Assembly: GCA_002633005.1 (NCBI GenBank)
Contig: NMRA01000011.1
Coordinates: 95,400 to 159,399, forward strand
Source of the DNA: Phoronis australis
Taxonomy: Eukaryota; Animalia; Phoronida
Reading direction: 5' to 3'
DNA length: 64,000 bases
The position numbers were made by a program, and so were the translations under genes. The notes under the pieces were generated by a model. That model worked only from the letters and a program-made list of their open reading frames with translations, made no database searches and was not told where the DNA came from. Within the stretch, counting starts at the first letter, position 1. The number at the start of each line of letters is the position of its first letter. Positions 24,401 to 33,592 of the stretch are shown here, piece after piece.

Positions 24401-27400
24401 GGTTTAGGCTTCCAGTTATTGCAAACTTATACAATGTTTGTTAATATGTACACCATTAAACTAAACGAAACCACAGCGTTAATATTCCCATGACTCTATG
24501 GGTACGTGCAGGTCCTTTTGGCATAAACATTTAACTTATGTAATGAACTACATTTAAAGCATATACCAACATTTGAGACTTTCGTTAGGTTGCAAAAGGA
24601 ATGTGATTTGTACAGTAATGTTGTAAAAATTGTGAATGATTCCTAAAAAGACACATCGACACACTTCAGGAGTGTGAAGCTTTGAAAAGCAAACAAATTC
24701 CAGGCCCTTGTTCATCTCAGACGGAAGGTGTCTGTTCCTTCAGAGAAGGGAATTTTTTAGACAAGGGTAAAATTCTCCATCCCACCCTCTGTTGTTTCAA
24801 ATCACCCGTGTGATTTACAAGAATTTCATTCCATCCTATAATTAAAATCAATTCAGGGGAATTTTTGAGTTTAAAGAATTTCGCACGACTTTGTATTGAC
24901 ACCCACATTTTGAAATTCCAACACTCAATGACACCTGCCTTGGCCATACCGTCCTTTAAACACATCAGATTGTGTACACACCAGGATTTTCCGTTGATAA
25001 TAATTAATGCCCCGACATTTATTGGGTATTACTTAAACGCCTGACATTTTTTATTTTCCAAATACATTCCCGTGGGCTTATCACGGAAAATCCTGGTATA
25101 TGCCATTTGTTACATTTGTAAAATTGAGAAGTCAGAGATAGATTTCAAAACAGTACACTTTTTCCACATGTATGCGCCACTTGCTATATTTGGTAAAGAG
25201 ACATCTATTGGGAGATGATCAAAATTAATGCACTGAAGAAACGTTTCCTGAAAATTTCAGGTCGCTGGTAAAAAAGTACTCAAAATTCCTAAAAAAGTAC
25301 GCACTTCTGATGATTTGTTTTGATCTCTGCGACAATATTGTGAAAACAAAATTGTGAATTGGAGAATTGTCCAACACATAGCGCTCAGTTCCATGATAAT
25401 CAAAGTTGGCGCATATGATCGCTACACAAATGTAATTGCAGAACATAACACACACAGGTTTGTTTTCATGACGAAACAAACTAAGTTTTAGAAAAGAACT
25501 GCACAGTTTTTAATGACCTTGGCTTTTTGCAAGATTTTGTTTGGCTTCACTTCAATTGCACCCACATCATTCCAAAACCATACACAGCTTCAAACCAAGG
25601 CTAAGTTCAATGAGACCAACATAACTAAGGAGAGAAAAAGGCCTTAATTTGATTTTCGTTTTTAGCCAGCTAAAGAGGGCCAGATGCTGGTGCATTAATT
25701 GAGGAACCAATGACATCACCTCATAGGCCTACACCCTTGACTACAGTACTCACATACTTTTGTACCTCAGATGGTGTCTTAGGCTTGAACATCAGGGACC
25801 GCTACATCCGACCAATGCCCTCTTTGGCTTCGATTAAGTTTGAAGAATTACATTTGACCCTTTTTCAATATTATGCAGTAAGAATTTCTACACTGTAGTT
25901 CTACTACTGCAGTATCACAAAGCAATTACCTTCCCTGTGGAAGTCGGTGGTGTGCACAGGGGAAAGCATATAGTACCCGTATAAAAAGTTGTCACTTCAA
26001 AATACAGCTATAGCAATTGAGCAGTGAGCATGCCCGGAGGCACACACTTGCAAATGTAGCATGGGAAGATGTTTGGTGGAATTTGTAAGATTTGTGTCCC
26101 GGCGTGATTTCACCAAACTTCCTTCACGTGGCACCCAGAGACGTAAGCTTAACCGCGACAGATTTTCACGGATATGTTCAAATTATATTGACTAAATTGT
26201 CTCCAGAACATGACAGTAGGTGTTATAGCTTAAAAAAAATATATATGTGCATGTTTCATCTGGTGTCATTCGTTGGATTTTGAGATGAGTAACTTTTTTA
26301 TGGTGTGCACTATCGCTCCTGTTTGCCAGCTGTATACATGGAGCCTTACACTTTTAGTGTATCGTCCGGTTACCTATTGTCGTCAGGCTCCAAAGGTCGT
26401 CCGCCATCTTGTTTCGCGTGCAGCGCAACCACGCGGGACTTAGCGTTCCAATTTGGAGTGCTCGTGTGCACGTTAGGTACTAACTTATCGGAAGAGACAC
26501 GTATCAAAGTAATGAGACAAAAATGGTGAGTTTACCGATTGTTTTTTAAAACCACTTAAAAATCAGTAGATTTTACTAATACACTTTTTTGTGCGTTTTC
26601 AGAAGATGTTTTCGAATTTAAATTTTCTTCCGACGGGACACAAAACATGATCCAGGGTTTGTTTATGCAATGTATCTGTTTGTCCCAGGCACTAGTAGGA
26701 TCTAGAAGGCCAAAGGAAAAATCCGCAGACAAATGCGATACGCTGGGTTCTTAACATTTTGCCTCACGCATTCACCATTAAACTGCATTGAAATGTTGTC
26801 CAATTGGCTTTTATTGGAAACCACAGTGCAGAGCTCAACATCAAAGCTTCAAATCGAGTTTATGTCAATAAAAACAGGCTGTTGCAATTTTCATTACTTC
26901 GTTGGCCTTTTTCTGCATGTTTCTCAGTTTTTACAAAAGGGGGCAGCATATGACGAACTTAGGTGTCACAATAAAATGGCTGCCGAAGGCAGTGCACATT
27001 TGAAATAACTCGGCACAAATTAAAGAAAACTTCCGAATCGATGAATGCGGTATATCTGTGAGAGTTAAATCGAATCCTATTCAGATCATAACTTTGAAGT
27101 GGAATAATTCGGTGAGTACAACAGCAAGTCGGTTTTATGCTTAGGCGGACGAACATTGGGTTCCCCAGTATACAGGGCATAGCCTACACGGCGATGCAGT
27201 AGGCCTATTGATATTTTTGTTCACTTTAGTGTGACTTAAACCAGTAGTAGCAGGGTAATTCTGGCACCTAAAATGCAGGATTACCTCCCGAAATATAGCA
27301 TAGCTGCATATTAAGGATGCAAGTGAGCAAAATACGTACGATGCCGAAGAAATAGCCTTCACGAGATGGACCACCGATTCACGAGCACTTACTGACGCCA

Positions 27401-27401
27401 T
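3355..27401 (-). CDS. ADHFE1: Hydroxyacid-oxoacid transhydrogenase, mitochondrial (ADHFE1/HOT); 14 coding exons, 1455 nt, 484 aa
   Basis: Manually spliced: complement(join(27340-27401,23908-23978,23408-23469,21794-21847,17245-17399,13215-13411,12206-12283,10782-10887,9623-9775,7708-7806,6209-6287,5119-5215,4513-4670,3355-3438)). All introns are GT-AG, phases are consistent and there is no internal stop. Contains [55 protein letters not shown] and PHGLSVV, and ends [26 protein letters not shown], matching ADHFE1 as I recall it. Confidence 0.97.
4513..4670 (-). CDS. ADHFE1: ADHFE1 exon 13 ([21 protein letters not shown]...[12 protein letters not shown])
   Basis: tgccag|...CAG|gtatga; 158 nt. 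Confidence 0.97.
5119..5215 (-). CDS. ADHFE1: ADHFE1 exon 12 ([32 protein letters not shown])
   Basis: tttcag|...G|gtaatg; 97 nt; PHG metal-ligand motif. Confidence 0.97.
6209..6287 (-). CDS. ADHFE1: ADHFE1 exon 11 ([26 protein letters not shown])
   Basis: ctaacag|...|gtgagt; 79 nt; metal-ligand His. Confidence 0.97.
6860..7035. repeat. Interspersed repeat, copy A
   Basis: Homologous to 16845-17012 (accatgct..taaaatgaca.gcc.tg.caag.ca ... agacca.gttca..tggtaagtggtc.aatt). Confidence 0.65.
7708..7806 (-). CDS. ADHFE1: ADHFE1 exon 10 ([32 protein letters not shown])
   Basis: ttgcag|...TG|gtaagt; 99 nt. Confidence 0.97.
9152..9304. mobile_element. Second copy of the same ~150-bp MITE (ADHFE1 intron 9)
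   Basis: Colinear with 1655-1802 (ggatttagag, ctcccagatt, ggcaaaatcct, taatactctgccctg, aaaatcctggat.cgcccctg). Confidence 0.75.
9623..9775 (-). CDS. ADHFE1: ADHFE1 exon 9 ([50 protein letters not shown])
   Basis: tttacag|...AG|gtaaac; 153 nt; [12 protein letters not shown] is characteristic of HOT. Confidence 0.97.
10782..10887 (-). CDS. ADHFE1: ADHFE1 exon 8 ([35 protein letters not shown])
   Basis: gtttag|...TG|gtgagt; 106 nt. Confidence 0.97.
12206..12283 (-). CDS. ADHFE1: ADHFE1 exon 7 ([26 protein letters not shown])
   Basis: tttttag|...G|gtgagg; 78 nt; PTT-x-GTGSE Fe-ADH signature. Confidence 0.97.
13215..13411 (-). CDS. ADHFE1: ADHFE1 exon 6 ([34 protein letters not shown]...KPLIA)
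   Basis: tcttttag|...G|gttaga; 197 nt; GGGS nucleotide-binding motif of the Fe-ADH family. Confidence 0.97.
13790..13880 (-). mobile_element. Penelope-like terminal fragment with degenerate hammerhead-like motif
   Basis: Minus strand reads ttgagaat-GAGG-acggca-CCTC-GAAAC-atgtc, followed by an AT-rich tail with ATTAAA, resembling PLE pLTR ends. Confidence 0.4.
14030..16400 (+). repeat. Degenerate ~440-bp tandem array (about 4 units), split by a MITE
   Basis: catcaggaac at 15073, 15518 and 15961; tttgccgaattt or variants at 14120, 15234, ~15678 and 16131. Confidence 0.7.
14296..14975. mobile_element. 680-bp non-autonomous DNA transposon with ~180-bp TIRs and TTAA TSD (Kolobok-like)
   Basis: TTAA at 14292-14295 and 14976-14979; arms 14296-14470 and 14800-14975 are reverse complements; right terminus CT|TTAA; internal THAP-like [10 protein letters not shown] on the minus strand. 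Confidence 0.85.
16845..17012. repeat. Interspersed repeat, copy B
   Basis: Homologous to 6860-7035; the spurious ORFs share KL.CHG.SFY..SMVS. Confidence 0.65.
17245..17399 (-). CDS. ADHFE1: ADHFE1 exon 5 ([17 protein letters not shown]...RVEPTDS)
   Basis: gtgcag|...AG|gtttac; 155 nt; lies within ORF 17220-17429. Confidence 0.96.
19695..20337. repeat. 137-bp AT-rich tandem repeat (at least 4.6 near-identical units)
   Basis: ggtaatcaaaaaa at 19700, 19837, 19974, 20111 and 20249; a partial unit recurs at about 21268-21335. Confidence 0.95.
20338..20942. other. Assembly gap (605 N)
   Basis: Run of N directly after the satellite. Confidence 1.
21794..21847 (-). CDS. ADHFE1: ADHFE1 exon 4 ([18 protein letters not shown])
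   Basis: tttgtag|...|gtaagt; 54 nt; SNIRYG motif. Confidence 0.96.
23408..23469 (-). CDS. ADHFE1: ADHFE1 exon 3 ([21 protein letters not shown])
   Basis: Acceptor ccattctag, donor GAG|gtgaga; conserved YAFE end. Confidence 0.9.
23908..23978 (-). CDS. ADHFE1: ADHFE1 exon 2 ([23 protein letters not shown])
   Basis: Acceptor ctttttccacag, donor CAG|gttggt; contains the CxCPxHS motif of ADHFE1 N-termini. Confidence 0.88.
24979..25098. mobile_element. ~120-bp MITE with TIR CCAGGATTTTCCG(T)TGATAA
   Basis: ccaggattttccgttgataa at 24981-25000 versus ttatcacggaaaatcctgg at 25078-25096. Confidence 0.65.
25605..25670 (+). repeat. Repeat-family terminus shared with 43165-43220
   Basis: Identical 19-mer gattttcgtttttagccag at 25651 and 43202, preceded by atgagacc...ggag..aaaaggc in both. 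Confidence 0.6.
27340..27401 (-). CDS. ADHFE1: ADHFE1 coding exon 1 ([21 protein letters not shown], putative mitochondrial transit peptide start)
   Basis: ATG in aagATGGcg context; donor TC|gtacgt is phase 2 and joins exon 2 in frame; sits in a GC-rich promoter-like region. Confidence 0.8.
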
Positions 27402-27700
27402 CTTGTACACCATGACATCTGGTGGCAGACCACAAATTTTGTCTTCTCGGCCCATGGCAGCCGCCGCGGCGTGCCGGGTAGCCTACATCACTGAGTGCAA
27501 CTCAAATTGATGGCATTGGCCCTGTCGGTATTTTTCAACAAAATATACCACTTCATATATATTTGAGACGGCATGATCGGTTTTCCACAAAAACAGAAGC
27601 GTCAGCCTGCGTCGTCGGGCAAGACTTGGCGATAACACTGCCGTGGCAGCCCGGCATCCGGGGTTCAGTCGTCAACTGAGTTTGCCGCCGTAGGAGAAAG
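27402..27700 (-). promoter_or_regulatory. GC/CpG-rich putative ADHFE1 promoter and 5'UTR
   Basis: Locally CpG-dense; YY1-like AAGATGGCG spans the ATG; two upstream in-frame ATGs (MGREDK..., MVYK...). Confidence 0.5.
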
Positions 27701-30700
27701 TGGGACACCTTGAGCCATATGGGGTACTATGTTCCTTTGCTTGCCAAATTAAAATAAACCAATACTTTGGCACCAGATGTCACTTGCATGTGCTCCTGAT
27801 GGCAAGTGTGAAATCGTTTTGTATCATTTTCTGTTTCGCGCACTGGATGTGTAGCGTGTTGTTGATAATTCGCCGACTTCAGTAAAATTTCAAGGTATGC
27901 TAGTTTTCCTTCTGTAATAACGATAGCCTAGACACACGGGAACTGGTTAGCTGTAATAATACGTGTAGAAATGGGCTGTAAGCAGCCATACATTTCAATG
28001 TCGTTGAGAGTTGACCTAGTTGAGTTGCTCTTGTTGCTTCAAAATTTCGTTGAAGGTGGGGCACTACATGTATATGAGCCATAGTGTGCGGGACAGCTGT
28101 TGAGCCATGGCTGATAATGCTCCATCGTTATGTAAGCAACAACTTAAACAAGTTTTAAGTATTTTGATGCAACTTTATAGTGTATAGAAATGCCGAAATA
28201 ACAAGGAAAGATAATAAAGGAATGTGATCGAGATTGTTCTTTCCGATGACAGAGACATCCGTCTGACGGACCGCATTTTTCCACTCATGCAGCCACAGCA
28301 TCAAAAATCACCAACGTGGATATGCAAAGCTGTTGACATTATAGCAGCCCTGAAAAAATCTGATTAGATCGAAAAAGAACGTCAAAGAACTATAAAAATC
28401 AACCCGGCCGGCACATTATCCATGACCTCACAGCCGGCCAAAGCGATCCAGTAAGGTTTGCGGAAAGGAGGTGGCATGTCCCTTGTCAGAAATTACACTA
28501 ACTGCCTGATGTGCAATGAACAATATGTGCCTGGAACCAATTACAGGAGATTGGATACAGTGCAAAACCTGCCTTGACTGGGCCCACGAAGCATGCACAT
28601 CGTACATCGGTGTTGGAGACTTTACTAAGTGTGACTGGTATTAAAACCTGGGTTAAACTGGTAGTTAGTTTATTTATTAATTCGTCAAACAGTATCAAGT
28701 ATCAACTCAAAGACATTCTTTAAGTAACCAAATATATTTTGCGTTTTGTTGACTATACTTTAATTTTGCTATGGATCAAAGTGCCATTTGGGGTTCTTTG
28801 AGTCATTTGACTAACTAACATAAAATACCAAAAAAAAAAACATGTTGCACTTGTCTTTATTTTTATTGTATACAATAAGGACACAATGTAGTTTATTATC
28901 GTTTTTAGTTTCTGGAATTAGTTTCTTTATTTAGATGTTAAGACCAATAATTTGAAAATTGGCTCATTGTGCCCCACTCTCTCCTATAGACCTGAGTCAT
29001 TCACCATCGGAGCTTGGAGATGCTTTCTGTTGACAAGACTATTATGCGTTTCAGATGGAAATTGGAACCCCGTTTTTAAGCCTTGGTCCGACCCCCCTTT
29101 TAAAAAATCTCGGATACGCCCCTGCGCCTATATAGCCTCTAGGCGGCCCCTGTGATGATCATGGGCGGCAGTCCGGCGAATCGTCGCCGCCGGGTAATCC
29201 CCTGGCGTTTGACAATGGTCCATTAGGCCATAAAATGTTTTCTGAAACTTGTTCAGAAGAAATTTTCTGTCATAACAGCTCAAAACGTTTGTACTAAACA
29301 AACATTCCGCCTTGAGGATTGATTTTAGAAAAGAAAGGTATCATCAGTGGGTCAGGCACGCAACGACGGAGGTCTCAAACCTTTTGAAGCCAAGTTCTAT
29401 CAGTGTGTGTCTTCCGTCCATACAATTGCAGATTTTTCCTAAATTGCTTGCAGGCTTAGTGTATAAGGGCAACATATTTCCTCCCTCCACCGGTATTTTT
29501 ATATGTTTTGCTTTGGACACTGCCAAATGGACAACCATTGATATAAATTTATAACTGACTGAACTCAAGTTAAAGAAGAGAATACTGGCCCGAGCCCCAG
29601 GCTGAGGCCTGTCGTTTATCCATTAATCCCGCTGCACGGTAGATACCGTAACTTTACTCTTTGAGTCGTCTGCTCAAAAATGCATTGCCTTCGGCAACAC
29701 ACCCGGAGAATTTGTTGCTTTGGAACTTCCCTGAGCTGCACTTATCAAGACAGGAAGGCGAAGACACGCCTCCATTTGTCGCAGTCGTCTACCTTGCTCG
29801 CCATGCGCAGGAGCTACAGCCAACTCGTATGCTTGAAAAAACACAATTTTCCTGCATATTTGGAATCATTTCATTTACTGGAGTCCCAGGCAACATAATG
29901 TCCAGTGTGTTATTGCAATCTGATGTCCATGAGAAGCTTTATGGCAATCTTTATTCACAAATTTCAGTTAATTGTGGACTTTCCCAGTACACTAGTTACA
30001 CTGCTGGGCAAGGCGTCGTCAGACGCTAATCTAATGTATTTCATAAAGCCATCCCTTAATTTTTAACACGACTTGCAGTAAGTTAAAAGAAGAGTACATT
30101 ATGTGTACGTTAATATTACGGAATTGTTCCTACAATACTGATCGAAAGTCTCTTCCTATCGAACGCGGCTAGACCGCGTCCGGGTACGGGTTCCAAACCG
30201 CAGTTGGACCTCGGCTAGCCCCAATCTGGACTTCGTCTGACCACGGTTAATCCGAAGGGAAGTCGCGTCCGTCATTGTACTATGCCTCTGCTTTGGTCAT
30301 ACTTCGCTCTGAAAGATGGAAATACCGGGGAGAAGCGTATGACGAAATAATTACATGTACGATGGCACACTGTTACATGTATGCCACTTTTCTTTACTGT
30401 CGTTTTCTATTCGATTTTGTTTTCCTTCGGGTGGCATCTTTCACGCATGTAACTATTTCGTCTACATTTTCTGTTTCAGGCTATTGATTGTTTACAATCA
30501 CGTGCATACAGACAGTTTAAATCTTTATTTTCACATTATTTTAGATCCCCTCTCTCTTACTTGCAATTGCTTTGATCGGATATTAGTTGCTGCAATTGGT
30601 ACTTCATTATTCCCGCGGCAAGACAACTTTACAAGGCGTGATTGCTGGAGCAATTTTTGTACATCAGCAGACTAGTTGGGTAAACACAGTGCGTCATTGT

Positions 30701-33379
30701 GTTGTTTTTTACGCCAACTTGAATGACGCAGAAAGCGTCCCTAAAACTATCCCTGCACCCTAAACTCATTCCAAGAAAGCAAAAAACAACGCCGTCAAAA
30801 ACACCAATGAAAACAACTCCAACGCATCTGCCTCAGTCGAGCGTGATCCAGGTTGACGATAGTCCTAATGAGTTCTATGGTACATGTATAGACGAAAAGC
30901 GGACTTAGTTTAGACGGTCTTTTGCGGCTAAACATTTTTCAAAGTATTGTTTTGGCAATTGAAAACACAACTTGAGAAAGCACATACTCGACATAGCCCA
31001 GTCGTTTAGATAGGTCTGAGGTTCCACTTGCTCTTTGAGGAGAGGACGTACAAATAGCGGGCCAGCGGGGGGTTGGTTTAAATCATTAAATCAGGATATT
31101 CTTTTAAATGTTCAAGATTGTGACCGATACCGTGGAGTGGTGTATATGGATTGAAAAAAACGATCACATAACAGTAATTTTGGAAGACTCATAATGCAAA
31201 CTTCCTGTCGTAACAAAAACGCCGATTGGCCTTCCGCTTATCTATTTGGTTCTCAACAGCTTGACCGTGAGACATTTATTAATCTCTGATTCTGGAAATG
31301 TATCAAACACATTCGATTGCCAAGACGTCTTGTCTTGCGTTGTCCATCCGTGTGCGCTTGTTGTCAATTACTTAATGTGACCGAGGTCAAAATCAATAAG
31401 CATGATTTTACATATGACAAAAAATGAAAGTTCGAGTGTGGCAGAAAGTCAAAATCGAACTCTAGAGGGCATGAGAGTATGAACCTACATCCCATGTGCT
31501 AGAGGGCAGCGCAGGGCAACGTATTGTGTGCTATGAATTGTGTGTGCTGTTTCGGTGGCACGACAATACATGTATGTCACTTCCGGCAAAACTCGAGAGG
31601 CCTCCTAACAAACATCGCATTGTGTTCGCTACCCATTATGCTAGCGTTTAGAATCGTAGTTGGTTATTTTCAGTAGCAATCTTTGCACAAAGTCGTTACG
31701 AAGTGCCTTGGTCTCGACAAAAATCCTTTTCGTGAACGCTGTTTGCACTTCTCGTTGACAAAAAATCGTGGCACGTCGTCATAAAAACCTTGTCGTGTGC
31801 GTTGACTTAATTAATCAGCACAAACAAGATAATGAATATCTGTGCAGACAGGTAACATCCATGATTGTAATACATTCAAGTAGAGCATCACACTGGTAGT
31901 AATTTATTATGTTTGATGGACTCTAATTAATTTTTATAACCCCAAGGAGCTGTGAAGATTTCATTTCGAAAACATGTGTGATTAAGAATAAATCGATTTT
32001 CGCCTACGTGCACTGTCGTTCTGTGAGCAAAGGCCAAAGTGAGCTCAGGCTGAACATCTCGGGTGATGTTTTCGCAGCCTAAAATCTGAGGTTAAGAAAC
32101 CGCCTAAGGAGTTCCAAATGAATAAACCGCTAATTGTTTACGAAGATCTCCGATTCAGAAATCCAACAATCCCTTGGTTTTATCAGAATGTGGAATCGTC
32201 AATTCAATTACCACGCATTTTTTTCCTGATAACGACGTTACAGGCAAGCGAAATAAACATACTGAGTGTAGAGTACACTCGAAGCCACCGTCGTTTCGGC
32301 TTTCAGTGCGCAGCCGGCTTCCTGTAAGCCGAAAACACATCCGTTCCTGCCTGCATCGACTTTCTTATTTTGAAAGCCTCGCGTGAGAGGTAACTAGCCC
32401 AGAAGGTGTCGTTACTCTCGTACTTAAAAAGCTGTAAAGAATACATCAAACACCATTTGACTGTTATTTTGTGATTATTCTGTACGTAATCAATTACGTA
32501 TCGTAAACTGTATCGTATGAAAACACATGCACAGTCTGTAGGATATTGAACGAACTAACGCCAGCTCAGTGTATGTGGAGAGTCAACTTGCAAGGGTGGG
32601 AATCAACGTGAAATTAATTCATTTTCATCATTACATGAATTTCTGGTTTGCGCTGACATCAACCAATGTACATGTACAGGCAAGGTCCAGATACACTGGC
32701 CACTATCTTTTGCGACGCCAAGCCAGAGGGGCTGGTCAGCGATAATCATTCAAAACGCGTTTCCTTGGACGAACTGGCTTAATGGAGCGTTGCGAGCATG
32801 GCATCAAACGTAATAAACAACTTTGCCTAACAAAGTATGAGACTGGTTTTTGAAAAACTACAAACTTTTTAAGAATCAATGATTCCACAAATATGTAGAG
32901 CATATAAAGCAACCGAAGTTTGTGTTCGAATCACAAAAATCGGTTCAGTGTAACTGGTTAACGCACATCAAAATAAAATTGACTTAAACTGCTTGACTGA
33001 TGAGGAAAGCAGTCCGTGCTCAATTATCTTCACCTGTCGAGTAGACTCGTGCTGTTTTCATCAAAAAATGTCATGGGGAAATGAGCCGTTTGGACATGTC
33101 GGATAATGAGTCAATCCCAGGGACAATTTCATGTTATGATGACCAATCGAGAACCAGATTAGATTCAGATCCATCTAGTCTCTACTATGCGAGCAAATTT
33201 TATACCAGCTCATTGTGCAATAGCAGGAGCTGGTTCCCCTGCAGCTATGTCCACTATGACTCATAGCCATATACAATTTGCATTTTTCACATTACTCATT
33301 CTATATGCGCGCATACACGCACAAACAAACATGTATACACATGTCATTATCAATTACGCATTAACATTGTGTTAAAAAT

Positions 33380-33592
33380 ATGAGCACTGCCACAGAAATA
33401 GCTTTCGCACTATATCCAGGTTCTCATTCACTCTCTCGCATACATTCACTAGCAATGCTGAGCTCACTATAAGAGAATGAGACACATTGTGCAATGCTCG
33501 CTTGACGTCTGTCAGTAAAGCCAGGATTCCGTCGCCACGCGGTTTCCCAAACTGGAGTCCGGATACCAAACCACTGAGTCACATTGTCTCCT
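33380..33592 (-). mobile_element. Degenerate tRNA-derived SINE
   Basis: Minus strand has gtgactcagtggtttgg (A-box-like), then ccggactcc, then gacggaatcc (decayed B-box), followed by a SINE-like body. Confidence 0.4.

Noticed and set aside
25754-25795. [13 protein letters not shown]|gtgagt candidate exon in intron 1
   Set aside because: Phase 0 fits only exon 4 or 5, skipping the conserved YAFE; no promoter or acceptor support.
27402-27455. Upstream in-frame ATGs extending ADHFE1 (MGREDKICGLPPDVMVYK)
   Set aside because: Not presequence-like; the ATG at 27401 has better context and matches orthologue length. Cannot be fully excluded.
29312-30029. Cluster of 72-122 aa ORFs
   Set aside because: No recognisable motifs in the frames I read and no consistent splice structure.
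32295-32334. 13-bp imperfect hairpin (tttcggctttcag/ctgtaagccgaaa)
   Set aside because: No TSD, second copy or RNA-family features seen.
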